Below, in pieces: positions 19,381 to 28,073 of a stretch of 64,000 nucleotides of DNA; position 1 is the stretch's first letter, and every line of letters starts with the position of its first letter. The notes below the pieces were generated by a model that was not told the origin of the DNA, searched no databases, and saw nothing but the letters and a program-made list of their open reading frames with translations. The stretch lies in the NCBI GenBank assembly GCA_023429825.1, contig JAEZDC010000035.1:3003-67002 (forward strand), written 5' to 3'. A program made the position numbers and the translations under genes. Origin of the DNA: Bacteroidota bacterium (GTDB taxonomy: Bacteria; Bacteroidota; Bacteroidia; Chitinophagales; Chitinophagaceae).

Positions 19381-19758
19381 CTAATTCCTGAATACACAAT
19401 TCAATATGAAGATCTTTTTTGAAAGGGGTGGAGCGTTTGCATTTACCGGGAAGAATGCAATGCGTTCTGTAGAGAAAGATTTTAATGGCACAAACACTGC
19501 CGGAGCAATATACAAAGCCTGCAAAGAGGAGAATGCAAATTGAGCAAGCTTGTATTCTTTATCGGCCTTATTCTCGAGAACTTTTGTTTTGCAACAAGAC
19601 TTAGTGTCTTCCTGTTTGGTATTACAGCATTTTTTGTGAGTTGTTGATGCAATGCTGGCATTCTTCAGCTTTCCGCAGCAGTAATGTAGTTGTACTGTGA
19701 TTCCCAGAGCTGAGAACGCATACATTCCTAATACCAATATGATTGTGAGCTGCTTCAC
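19381..19758 (-). CDS. small Cys-rich membrane/secreted protein, HYC_CC_PP-like
   Basis: 125 aa with a signal/TM segment, then LHYCCGK, multiple CC pairs (KCCNTK, SCCKTK) and ..NAPPLS.. By recollection this matches the family name HYC_CC_PP, which is often found next to HMA-TonB receptors. Confidence 0.55.
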   Translation of the reverse strand: MKQLTIILVLGMYAFSALGITVQLHYCCGKLKNASIASTTHKKCCNTKQEDTKSCCKTKVLENKADKEYKLAQFAFSSLQALYIAPAVFVPLKSFSTERIAFFPVNANAPPLSKKIFILNCVFRN

Positions 19759-19892
19759 CGGTGCAAAAATAAACTAATGTTTGGTATTCATGTAAATTCA
19801 GACTTATCATTATACGACCCCTCCCGGAGTTATATCTTCCTTAACAAATGACTTTGAGATAGTAAAGGGTTATTTTGCCCTAAAAACAAACA

Positions 19893-20462
19893 ATGGCTGA
19901 ATATAAATTAGATGAAACGTTTGAGCAGGTAGATTTTAACGGAATAGTATTTCCAAAAGGAGATTATGAAGGCTGCAGTTTCATTAAATGCAACATTGCA
20001 AATGCAGATCTAAGCAATATAAACTTCACTGAATGCAGATTTATAAATTGTGATGTAAGCTCAGCCAAACTGCTCAACACAACTTTGAACGACGTGCAAT
20101 TTCAAGGTTGTAAAATGCTGGGGCTACACTTCGATGGCTGTAATGAGTTTGTCTTTTCTATCAGAATGGAAGAATGCGTATTGAATCTTTCGTCTTTTTA
20201 TAAGCGAAAGATGAAAAAGATGCTATTTAAAAAATGCAGTATGCACGAGGTGGATCTTACAGAAACAGATCTAAGTGCCGCTGTATTTGAAGATTGCGAT
20301 CTTAAAGGAGCCATATTTGAAAATACGATCCTGGAAAAAGCAGATCTTAGAAGAGCGATCAACTACACGATTGATCCCCTCACCAATAAAATAAAGAAAG
20401 CCAGGTTCTCTGTTCCGGCCGTTACAGGCTTGTTATACAAACATGATATCGATATAAGCTAA
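19893..20462 (+). CDS. pentapeptide-repeat protein
   Basis: 189 aa with repeated A(D/N)LxX quintets (NIANADLSNINFTECRFINCDVSSAKLLNTTLNDV..). Confidence 0.85.
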   Translation: MAEYKLDETFEQVDFNGIVFPKGDYEGCSFIKCNIANADLSNINFTECRFINCDVSSAKLLNTTLNDVQFQGCKMLGLHFDGCNEFVFSIRMEECVLNLSSFYKRKMKKMLFKKCSMHEVDLTETDLSAAVFEDCDLKGAIFENTILEKADLRRAINYTIDPLTNKIKKARFSVPAVTGLLYKHDIDIS

Positions 20463-20469
20463 AGCAAAA

Positions 20470-20492
20470 AGCATGAGCTCTCACTCATGCTT
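20470..20492 (+). terminator. probable terminator of the pentapeptide gene
   Basis: agcatgag pairs with ctcatgct (8 bp) across a 6-nt loop. The T-tract is short. Confidence 0.5.
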
Positions 20493-20833
20493 CCTGAATT
20501 ATCTGCATCAATTGGGGTTGCCGTTAAAACGACACAATGCAGCGCAATCATAGGGTTTTACACCAGCATAGGTACGGATTCAGCATTCAATAGGGTAGAA
20601 TCAGTTATAGGGTATGTATATTTCGTAAACAGGGTATGTATATCGTTCCGTAATTCGAGTGCAAGATGGCTCTAATTCCCCTCTCTACATATTAAATACT
20701 ACTACATATAGATTAAATCTACACTTATAACAATGCTTATAAATTAAAGGCATATAAAAGAACGAATCCCAGGTATTGACTATCAACGTATGTGCAGTTC
20801 GACCTCTTCTACCTTAAAACTATCCTGTAACAC

Positions 20834-21065
20834 TTAGACGGGCTGGTGTTGCTGTTAGGAAGCTTAGTGTACTGCTTCGAAAGGTTAGAGAACTGCAAGA
20901 AAGGAGAGCGATGGTCTTCGAAAGGTTAGTGTAAATCTGCGTAGGGCTAGGTACTGCTTAGAAACGTTAGTCTACTGCTTTGAAAGTTAAGTGTCCCTTT
21001 TCACTGGCTTAGTGTTGGTCTTAGACAGGTAAGTCCTGCTCTTAGATGGCTTTGTGCGTCTTCGA
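20834..21065 (-). repeat. about 21-bp periodic degenerate array (about 11 units), inverse orientation of the 10.4-kb array
   Basis: Two interleaved series of TTAG/TTCG-like anchors each step by about 21 nt (occasionally 20 or 22). They fall at 20834, 20855, 20876, 20917, 20958, 20979, 21021 and 21042, and at 20864, 20885, 20926, 20947, 20967, 20987, 21009 and 21030. The unit gcTTAGtgtactgcTTCGaaag has reverse complement ctttCGAAgcagTACActaagc, which resembles tCGAAgtgcgTACAgaaacag. Confidence 0.65.
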
Positions 21066-21255
21066 TTTCATGTTTTGCTTCGCTGAAGCACCCATCTGAT
21101 CAGATTTCTGCCGTCCGGACCTTGGCTATTTAGCCTCAAAAACCGGTTTTGTCCCGCCAAAGAGCATGTTCGTGTAACGTTTTTCGATAAGCTTTTGAGG
21201 CCAAATACGTTTGCACTGTCATTAACAAATCACATCACACTAAAAAATAACTGTT

Positions 21256-23700
21256 ATGAAATTGTTCTTACTCTTGTTGGCAAACCTGGTAGTGTTCTGG
21301 GCAACCGCACAGGTGAGCGGGTCAATCAAGGATGCAGAAGGTAAACCCGTGAGCGGCGTAACCATCAGCCTGTTAAATGATTCTGCAGTAGTAAAACTAT
21401 CTGCCACAAAAGAAAACGGGACTTATTCATTTTCCGGCATCAAATCCGGAACATATAAGTTGAGTGCATCGCACGTTGGATTTACACCATTTATGTCTGC
21501 CCCTTTCACTGTAGATGGATCAGATGTTTCAGTTCCTGAGATCAAACTTGTAAAAGCCGTATCTAATGTACAGGGTGTAACTGTTACTGCACGTAAACCT
21601 ATCATTGAAATGAAGGCCGATAAAACGATCTTAAATGTTGAAGGTACTATCAATGCAATTGGCAGCGATGCATTGGAGTTACTTCGTAAAAGCCCGGGTG
21701 TACAGGTAGATAAAGACGATAACCTCAGCATCAGTGGTAAAAACGGCGTACAGGTATATATAGATGGAAAACCAACGCCATTAGCAGGAGCTGATCTTGC
21801 CAACTACTTAAAGACAATGCAGAGTTCACAGATAGAAGCGATAGAGATCATTACCAATCCTTCTGCTAAATATGAAGCTGCAGGTAATGCGGGTATCATC
21901 AATATCAAATTGAAGAAGAACAAAAACTTTGGTACTAACGGAAGTGTGAATGCAGGATGGAATGTAGGTACTTACGCGAAGTATAACGCAGGTGTTTCTT
22001 TGAATCATCGCGATAAGAATGTGAACATATATGGTAATTACAATCAGAACAGGAGTAAGAATGAAAGTGGAATGAATATACACCGTACTTTACTTGATAC
22101 GATTTTCAACCAGAAGGGGAATATAGTTTTCAACAATGTCGCTCATAATTTTAAAGGAGGTCTCGATATTACGTTGAACAAGCGTTCATCTATCGGTGCA
22201 ACTGTCAACGGCAATTTTGCTCAGCCAAGAGTATCTAACTATAGCAGAACCCCGATCACTTATAAGCCTACTAATACTGTGAACAGGATATTAGTGGCTG
22301 ATAATAGAAATGCATCTGAGAGAGAGAACCTTAACCTTAACCTGAATTATAACATCACTGGCAGTAAGGGGAGTAATCTCACGTTGAATGTGGATCATGG
22401 TTATTATAAGATAGATAACGATCAATACCAGCCGAATATATACTATGATGCTACAGAACAAAATAAATTGAGCTCAGTAGCTTACCAGATGATAACACCA
22501 ACCAGGATCAACATCTCGTCTTTCAAATATGATTATGAAAGAGACCTGTGGAAAGGGAAGATCAGCTGGGGTGGGAAATCTGCTTACATCAAAACTGATA
22601 ACGATTTCCAACGTTATGATCTATTGACAACCGGAAAGCAATTGGATAAGGACAGGAGCAATCGGTTTAAATATAAGGAGCAGATCCATGCCAACTATCT
22701 CAACTATAACAGGGCGTTCAAAGGTGGAATGTTCCAAGTGGGTGTGAGAGTTGAAAATACGACAACAGAGGGTACATCTACAGGATTAAAGAATACTGGT
22801 GGAGTATACACACCTTCAGCTTCATCATTCAAGAGGGAGTACACAGATGTGTTCCCTAGCGCAGCGATCACTTTGAACAAAAATCCAATGAAGCAATGGA
22901 GCTTCACTTATAGCAGGAGAATAGACAGGCCAGCTTACCAGGATCTGAATCCATTCGAATTCAAATTAGATGAGTACACTTTCCAGAAAGGTAACACTGA
23001 GCTTCGCCCGCAGTATACCAATAGCTTTGGAATCACACATACCTATAAGTATAAACTTAACGTAACAGCTAACTATAGCCATGTGAAAGATATCTTCACA
23101 CAATTGATCGATACAACAGAAAGGTCTAAATCATTTGTAACGAGAAAGAACCTGGCAACACAGGATGTGATCAGCCTTAATATTAGCTACCCTGTTATGT
23201 ATAAATCATTCACTTCTTTCATCAACCTGAACACCAACTACTCGATGTACAATGCGAATTTTGGAGCAGGACGTACAGTTGATGTGAATGCATTTGCTTT
23301 AGGCATATTTGCTCAGAACAGCTATAAGTTCGGTAAGACGAAAGCATGGACAGCAGAAATGACTACAATGTTCTCTGCACCTACTGTAATGATGGGAACG
23401 TTTAAAACGAAAGCAATGGGTGGTGTAGACCTGGGCATGCAAAAGCAGGTAATGAAAGGAAAGGGTACAATCAAGGCATCAGTGAGTGATGTTTTCAAAA
23501 CAATGCGTTTTAAAGCAACTACTGACTTTGCCGGCCAAAAAACAAATATTGTTTCTAATTGGGAAAGCCGTCAGCTAAAGCTAAGCTTCAACTGGAGATT
23601 TGGTAACAACCAGGTGAAAGCTGCAAAGCAAAAGGCGAGTGGTGCAGAAGATGAGAATAAAAGGGCGCAAGGCGGTGGCGGAATGGGAATAGGACAATAA
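21256..23700 (+). CDS. outer-membrane beta-barrel family protein (TonB-receptor-like, CarbopepD_reg N-terminus)
   Basis: 814 aa with a signal peptide. It has QVSGSIKDAEGKPVSGVTISL, a plug-like region and a long barrel. The Gly-rich tail is unusual. Confidence 0.78.
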   Translation: MKLFLLLLANLVVFWATAQVSGSIKDAEGKPVSGVTISLLNDSAVVKLSATKENGTYSFSGIKSGTYKLSASHVGFTPFMSAPFTVDGSDVSVPEIKLVKAVSNVQGVTVTARKPIIEMKADKTILNVEGTINAIGSDALELLRKSPGVQVDKDDNLSISGKNGVQVYIDGKPTPLAGADLANYLKTMQSSQIEAIEIITNPSAKYEAAGNAGIINIKLKKNKNFGTNGSVNAGWNVGTYAKYNAGVSLNHRDKNVNIYGNYNQNRSKNESGMNIHRTLLDTIFNQKGNIVFNNVAHNFKGGLDITLNKRSSIGATVNGNFAQPRVSNYSRTPITYKPTNTVNRILVADNRNASERENLNLNLNYNITGSKGSNLTLNVDHGYYKIDNDQYQPNIYYDATEQNKLSSVAYQMITPTRINISSFKYDYERDLWKGKISWGGKSAYIKTDNDFQRYDLLTTGKQLDKDRSNRFKYKEQIHANYLNYNRAFKGGMFQVGVRVENTTTEGTSTGLKNTGGVYTPSASSFKREYTDVFPSAAITLNKNPMKQWSFTYSRRIDRPAYQDLNPFEFKLDEYTFQKGNTELRPQYTNSFGITHTYKYKLNVTANYSHVKDIFTQLIDTTERSKSFVTRKNLATQDVISLNISYPVMYKSFTSFINLNTNYSMYNANFGAGRTVDVNAFALGIFAQNSYKFGKTKAWTAEMTTMFSAPTVMMGTFKTKAMGGVDLGMQKQVMKGKGTIKASVSDVFKTMRFKATTDFAGQKTNIVSNWESRQLKLSFNWRFGNNQVKAAKQKASGAEDENKRAQGGGGMGIGQ

Positions 23701-23716
23701 CATACCTACAATTAGT

Positions 23717-23752
23717 TCCCGGTGTTGTATATTCAGCACCGGGATATTTTAT
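23717..23752 (+). terminator. intrinsic terminator after the OMP gene
   Basis: tcccggtg (23717-23724) pairs with caccggga (23737-23744), followed by tattttatt. Confidence 0.6.
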
Positions 23753-23769
23753 TAATACATTTGGTATCT

Positions 23770-24855
23770 ATGAATCTTGTGAAAACTAAAAGACGATTTG
23801 CATTCTGGAAAGTGTTTTGGGTAGTGCTGGCTTTGTATATCGTGCTTTCTTTTATCGGCATTGTGATGTATTGGATGTCTCCTGCCAGTGAGAAGATCAG
23901 TATCCATAAATATATGCAAGGCTATTGGTGGGTGGAGCAGTGTGTAGCGTTTCTGTTCATAGTGGGTTATTATTATTTCACGTTAAATACTTTCTATAGT
24001 TTATTTAAGAACCGTTCAAATGCTATTGAGTTTGTAAAAGCCTGTTCGGTTATAGTGCTGGTATTAGTGGCTTATTATATTTTTTCATACAAAGTCTTTC
24101 CCGAAGTAGGGGAAATGAATAAAAAGTTGACGATACTGGCCGCCATCTTCGCATACTCACTTGCAACTGTCTTTTATTTAGGAGTATCATTACTCATTTC
24201 ATATTTCACTTACCTGCGTGATGAGAAAAAGCATCAGAAAGTTTTGGAAGAACAAAAGATGCAATTGGAAGTGGAAAAATCTGCAGCCAATTTCAACTTT
24301 TTAAAAGCCCAGATCAATCCTCATTTCCTGCATAATACTTTGAACTTCCTGTATGCAAAATCACTTCCATATTCAGAAGAGTTATCCGAGGGTATTCTTA
24401 CTTTAAGCGATATCATGCGATATGCACTAAGTGAGGGTAATGCAAAGGATGGAAAAGCCTTTTTGAAAGATGAGATCGAGCATGTGCGGAATGTGATAAA
24501 GATCAACCAGCTTAGATTCAGCAATAAGTTGAATGTGCAATTTGATGTTGAAGGTGTAGTGAACGGAAGAACTATCATCCCTTTTGTGTTGATCACATTG
24601 GTTGAGAATTCCTTTAAACACGGTGATCTCAAGAATACAGAATACCCGATCGAGATAAAAGTGAAAGTTGCAGGCAACCGTTTCTATTTCTTTTGCAGGA
24701 ACAGGAAAAAAGGCGGACCTAAAGAATTGTCAACCGGTATCGGCTTAGATAATATCAGGAAACGATTAGAGCTGGCTTATGGAAAAGATTTTGAGTTCAA
24801 TGTGAAGGATGAAGCTGAATTTTATACAACTGAACTAATCATTATTACTCCATGA
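23770..24855 (+). CDS. LytS/YehU-type sensor histidine kinase (multi-TM)
   Basis: I prefer the start at ATG 23770, which lies after the terminator. It has 5-6 TM helices, the H-box LKAQINPHFLHNTLNFLY, and a GHKL-type C-terminus (LVENSFKHG..GIGLDNIRKRL). Confidence 0.85.
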   Translation: MNLVKTKRRFAFWKVFWVVLALYIVLSFIGIVMYWMSPASEKISIHKYMQGYWWVEQCVAFLFIVGYYYFTLNTFYSLFKNRSNAIEFVKACSVIVLVLVAYYIFSYKVFPEVGEMNKKLTILAAIFAYSLATVFYLGVSLLISYFTYLRDEKKHQKVLEEQKMQLEVEKSAANFNFLKAQINPHFLHNTLNFLYAKSLPYSEELSEGILTLSDIMRYALSEGNAKDGKAFLKDEIEHVRNVIKINQLRFSNKLNVQFDVEGVVNGRTIIPFVLITLVENSFKHGDLKNTEYPIEIKVKVAGNRFYFFCRNRKKGGPKELSTGIGLDNIRKRLELAYGKDFEFNVKDEAEFYTTELIIITP

Positions 24856-25574
24856 TGAATTGCATTATAGTAGACGATGAGCAACACGCGATTGATATCC
24901 TCGCTCATTATGTGAAGCAAGTGCCATATTTAAACTTGCTGGGCACTTCTACTAATCCAATTGAAGCTTTGCAACTGGTAACTACAAATAAGGTTGACCT
25001 TGTATTCCTTGACATTCATATGCCTGAACTTTCAGGTATAGATTTTATCAAAGCGATCAATGGTAAAGCTAAAGTGATCCTTACAACTGCATACAGCGAA
25101 TTTGCATTGGAGAGTTATGAATTAGATGTGATAGATTATTTACTAAAGCCTATTCGCCTTCCAAGATTTTTACAAGCTGTGCAAAAAGCAGTAGCACAAA
25201 CCGAATCGCCTGCTCCAACAAATCAACCTGTAGAATCAGATGATGATTACATCTTTGTTAAGACGGAAGCTAAGGGAAAGTTCCTCAAGATCAACCTGGC
25301 AGATATCGATTATATAGAAGGGATGAAGAACTACGTTGCTATCTACCAGGGAGGCCAGAAAACTTTGGTTTATACCAGTATGAAAGAGTTGGAAGACCGT
25401 TTACCAAAGAGCCTGTTTGTCCGGATACATAAGTCTTTTATTATTCCTTTTCAAAAGATCACAGGCATAGAAGGTAACAGGGTACACATAAAAGGTATAA
25501 GTGCAGAGATCTTAATAGGAGAGAGTTACAAAGCTGAAGTGATGGAACTGGTGAAGAATAAAATGATACAGTGA
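24852..25574 (+). CDS. LytTR-family response regulator
   Basis: It has a receiver domain (IIVDDE..VFLDIHMPELSG..) and a LytTR DNA-binding domain (..IDYIEGMKNYV..RIHKSFII). An ATGA overlap with the kinase stop suggests translational coupling. Confidence 0.9.
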   Translation: MMNCIIVDDEQHAIDILAHYVKQVPYLNLLGTSTNPIEALQLVTTNKVDLVFLDIHMPELSGIDFIKAINGKAKVILTTAYSEFALESYELDVIDYLLKPIRLPRFLQAVQKAVAQTESPAPTNQPVESDDDYIFVKTEAKGKFLKINLADIDYIEGMKNYVAIYQGGQKTLVYTSMKELEDRLPKSLFVRIHKSFIIPFQKITGIEGNRVHIKGISAEILIGESYKAEVMELVKNKMIQ

Positions 25575-26318
25575 TCAGGCCGACTTTGTAATCATATTTT
25601 TTTTCTGGTGCTCTAAGATGTTTAAGTCTAGAGTTTTTTTAAATTTCCTCTGTAATTCAAACAGGAACACATTCAGTATTACCAGTTCAAATCCATAAAA
25701 GATATCTTCTACAGGAATAGTTACTATACGGATTCCCAGGTTCTCATTATCATTATACATAACTACAGGAGCTTCCAAGCCGGTGCCTGTCAATAGTCCA
25801 TTCACAATAAAGAACGGTATCAATAAAACTGCATACACTGTGAGTAACTGGCTGAACCAGTTCACCTTTACCACAAACTTCATCAAGAGGCAAAGTACAG
25901 CAGTACTGATAAAGGTGTAGCTGGTGTATAGCCTGTCGTAATACCATATTCCTACCACCAGTAAAACTGATGAGAGCACAACGCAGCTTATGGTCTCTAA
26001 CCGATCATTCCATTTTAAGTTGTAAAACTTATTTAATGAATAATAAGTAAACACACAAGAGAAGGGAATACAGGTAAAAAACAATATCTCTTCGATAGGT
26101 AAGCCAACTACGCGCCATCCTACGGTATAATTTTCATTGAAGCTCCACACACCTAAGCTGGTGAAATACGCATCCCAACATATAAATACTAAGGCAACTG
26201 CAGCATTGGCAATAAAGAATTGCACCCACCATTTATTAAATTTTATTTTGGGATGAAAAGAAAAGATCAGTGGAATGATCACTGTAAAGAAATCAATTAG
26301 CAGGTAGGTGTACTTCAT
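25575..26318 (-). CDS. lycopene cyclase domain protein (fused CrtYc/CrtYd type)
   Basis: 247-aa polytopic membrane protein. It has two PxE(E/D) cyclase motifs (GLPIEEILFF and TIPVEDIFYGF) and sits at the end of the crt operon. Confidence 0.7.
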   Translation of the reverse strand: MKYTYLLIDFFTVIIPLIFSFHPKIKFNKWWVQFFIANAAVALVFICWDAYFTSLGVWSFNENYTVGWRVVGLPIEEILFFTCIPFSCVFTYYSLNKFYNLKWNDRLETISCVVLSSVLLVVGIWYYDRLYTSYTFISTAVLCLLMKFVVKVNWFSQLLTVYAVLLIPFFIVNGLLTGTGLEAPVVMYNDNENLGIRIVTIPVEDIFYGFELVILNVFLFELQRKFKKTLDLNILEHQKKNMITKSA

Positions 26319-26319
26319 T

Positions 26320-26781
26320 TTATTTCTTCTGCTCTTTAAAGTATTTCAATGGTACCCACAGCATGCCAAAGCATTCTCCCTGTTCTTTACTTAAATGTTT
26401 GTGATGCATTTTATGAGCACGCCTGATCGCTCTCAGATAAGCATTATTACTGTTTCGGAAAAGTTTAAAACGTTGATGAATGAAGATGTCGTGAACAAGA
26501 AAGTAAGCCATGCCATACAAAGTAATTCCTGCGCCGATCCAAAATAGAAAGTTGTAATCGGCCTGCAACCCAAAAAATAAACACACGATACCAGGTATAG
26601 CGAATATTAGAAAGAAAAAATCATTGTGTTCTAAAAAATGCGATGATTCTTTCTTATGATGGTCTTTGTGTAATATCCATAACAAACCATGCATGATATA
26701 TTTATGGGTGAACCAGGCCACCGCTTCCATACCAACAAATGCAGTTAATAACCAGGCTGCATTGATCATAATTGTTTGCAT
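26320..26781 (-). CDS. crtZ: beta-carotene hydroxylase
   Basis: 153 aa with His boxes HKYIMHG, LHKDHH, HDIFIHQRF and HKMHHKH. The size and crt context fit. Confidence 0.8.
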   Translation of the reverse strand: MQTIMINAAWLLTAFVGMEAVAWFTHKYIMHGLLWILHKDHHKKESSHFLEHNDFFFLIFAIPGIVCLFFGLQADYNFLFWIGAGITLYGMAYFLVHDIFIHQRFKLFRNSNNAYLRAIRRAHKMHHKHLSKEQGECFGMLWVPLKYFKEQKK

Positions 26782-26793
26782 AGAATATTTAGT

Positions 26794-27240
26794 TTAGAGA
26801 ACAGCCCGGATCATATCAGCTAATTCTTTATCTGCTATGTTTTTGAGGTTGTTCGTTAAAAATCTTTTATCTGAATCAATATCTTTTTTGTATCCAAGAA
26901 ATGAAGGCGTATTCATCTGTACGGCTAATCTTAAATACCGAAGTTCCGCATTACCTGTATCTTTTGCTATGGCACTCTCTAATATGGTCCTTCCTTTCTT
27001 AAAAAATGACAGTTTATTGATAGGATTGAAAGCATACTTTGCCATTATCATCGTAGCGCAGCCCTTATATCCATACAACAAGGGTTGCGATGTACTGCTC
27101 GTTTCAAGAAGTTTAAGCAGATCTTTACAATACATCTCCTTTTGTGGCGCTTTCTTATACATTTCTCTAACCTTTGCAAGGTGTGGATCCGTTCCTCCAA
27201 CGGCAGTAATGAATAATATGAGCAGCACTAATATCTTCAT
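26794..27240 (-). CDS. hypothetical secreted protein embedded in the crt operon
   Basis: 148 aa with a signal peptide (MKILVLLILFITAVGG). It is helical and Lys-rich, and I recognise no family. A 4-nt overlap with the crtB stop implies co-translation with the operon. Confidence 0.6.
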   Translation of the reverse strand: MKILVLLILFITAVGGTDPHLAKVREMYKKAPQKEMYCKDLLKLLETSSTSQPLLYGYKGCATMIMAKYAFNPINKLSFFKKGRTILESAIAKDTGNAELRYLRLAVQMNTPSFLGYKKDIDSDKRFLTNNLKNIADKELADMIRAVL

Positions 27241-28073
27241 ATAACTCTCATCTTATAGTCTACAAGGCTATTTAGCATCAATCCAAATTTTCTGCCATTG
27301 CTTATCCTGATACGATTGTTCATCACCTCGTTTGAGTGAAGTTTCCTGATCTTCCTGAATAATGACTTGTAGTAAACAAAAGCAAGGTAAACACCTTTTT
27401 TGGATGATGGCGGCAGTTGTTTTATTCCTTCTAAGGCATAGCTTAAGTTTTCTTCTATGTCATGTTCAATTTCTCTTTTGGCTGCACAATTAAATTGCTC
27501 CCAGCTTACTCCCGGAAAATAAACCCTTCCTAAAATATGATAGTCGTGTTTCATATCTCGCAGGAAATTTATTTTCTGGAAAGCAGCACCTAATTTCATG
27601 GCAGAGGGTTTTAGTTGATCGTACATCTGCATATCTCCATTGGTAAAAACATGCAGGCACATTAATCCAACGACTTCTGCAGAACCTAAAATGTACTCTT
27701 CATACCTGGAGGTATTATACTTAACCTTTTCTAGATCCATTTCCATGCTTTTTAGAAACGTGTCGATCAATGCAGGATCAATATTATATTGATGAACTGC
27801 TTCCTGGAAAGCGTTGAGAATTGGATTGCAAGATATCCTGTGTTCAATAGCTTCAAATGTATCCCGGCGCATATTCTGCATCAGTTGGGCTTTATCGTAA
27901 CCATGAAAGCTATCCACTATCTCATCGGCTAATCGTACAAAACCATAAATCGCATACACAGCTTTTCTTAGTGAAGGGCTTAAAAAATAAATTCCCCACG
28001 AAAAGCTGGTACTGTAAGTCTTCGTAGTGAGCTTACATACTTTAGCTGATACCTCGTCAAATAATAGCTTCAT
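27237..28073 (-). CDS. crtB: phytoene synthase
   Basis: It has the Asp-rich motifs YGFVRLADEIVD and NFLRDMKHD. I chose the start at ATG 28073 (MKLLFDEV..); the ORF's longer N-terminus would overlap crtI by about 90 nt. Confidence 0.85.
   Translation of the reverse strand: MKLLFDEVSAKVCKLTTKTYSTSFSWGIYFLSPSLRKAVYAIYGFVRLADEIVDSFHGYDKAQLMQNMRRDTFEAIEHRISCNPILNAFQEAVHQYNIDPALIDTFLKSMEMDLEKVKYNTSRYEEYILGSAEVVGLMCLHVFTNGDMQMYDQLKPSAMKLGAAFQKINFLRDMKHDYHILGRVYFPGVSWEQFNCAAKREIEHDIEENLSYALEGIKQLPPSSKKGVYLAFVYYKSLFRKIRKLHSNEVMNNRIRISNGRKFGLMLNSLVDYKMRVI

Noticed and set aside
20487-20675. 62-aa plus-strand ORF at the start of the long spacer
   Set aside because: It begins inside the terminator hairpin of the upstream gene and runs through the TAGGGT motif repeats. 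It has no RBS or promoter context and no family resemblance.
25572-25577. Zero-nt gap between the convergent LytTR regulator stop (tga) and the lycopene cyclase stop (tca)
   Set aside because: This is simply back-to-back stop codons of convergent genes. No hairpin or shared element is visible. It is noted only as evidence of tight packing.
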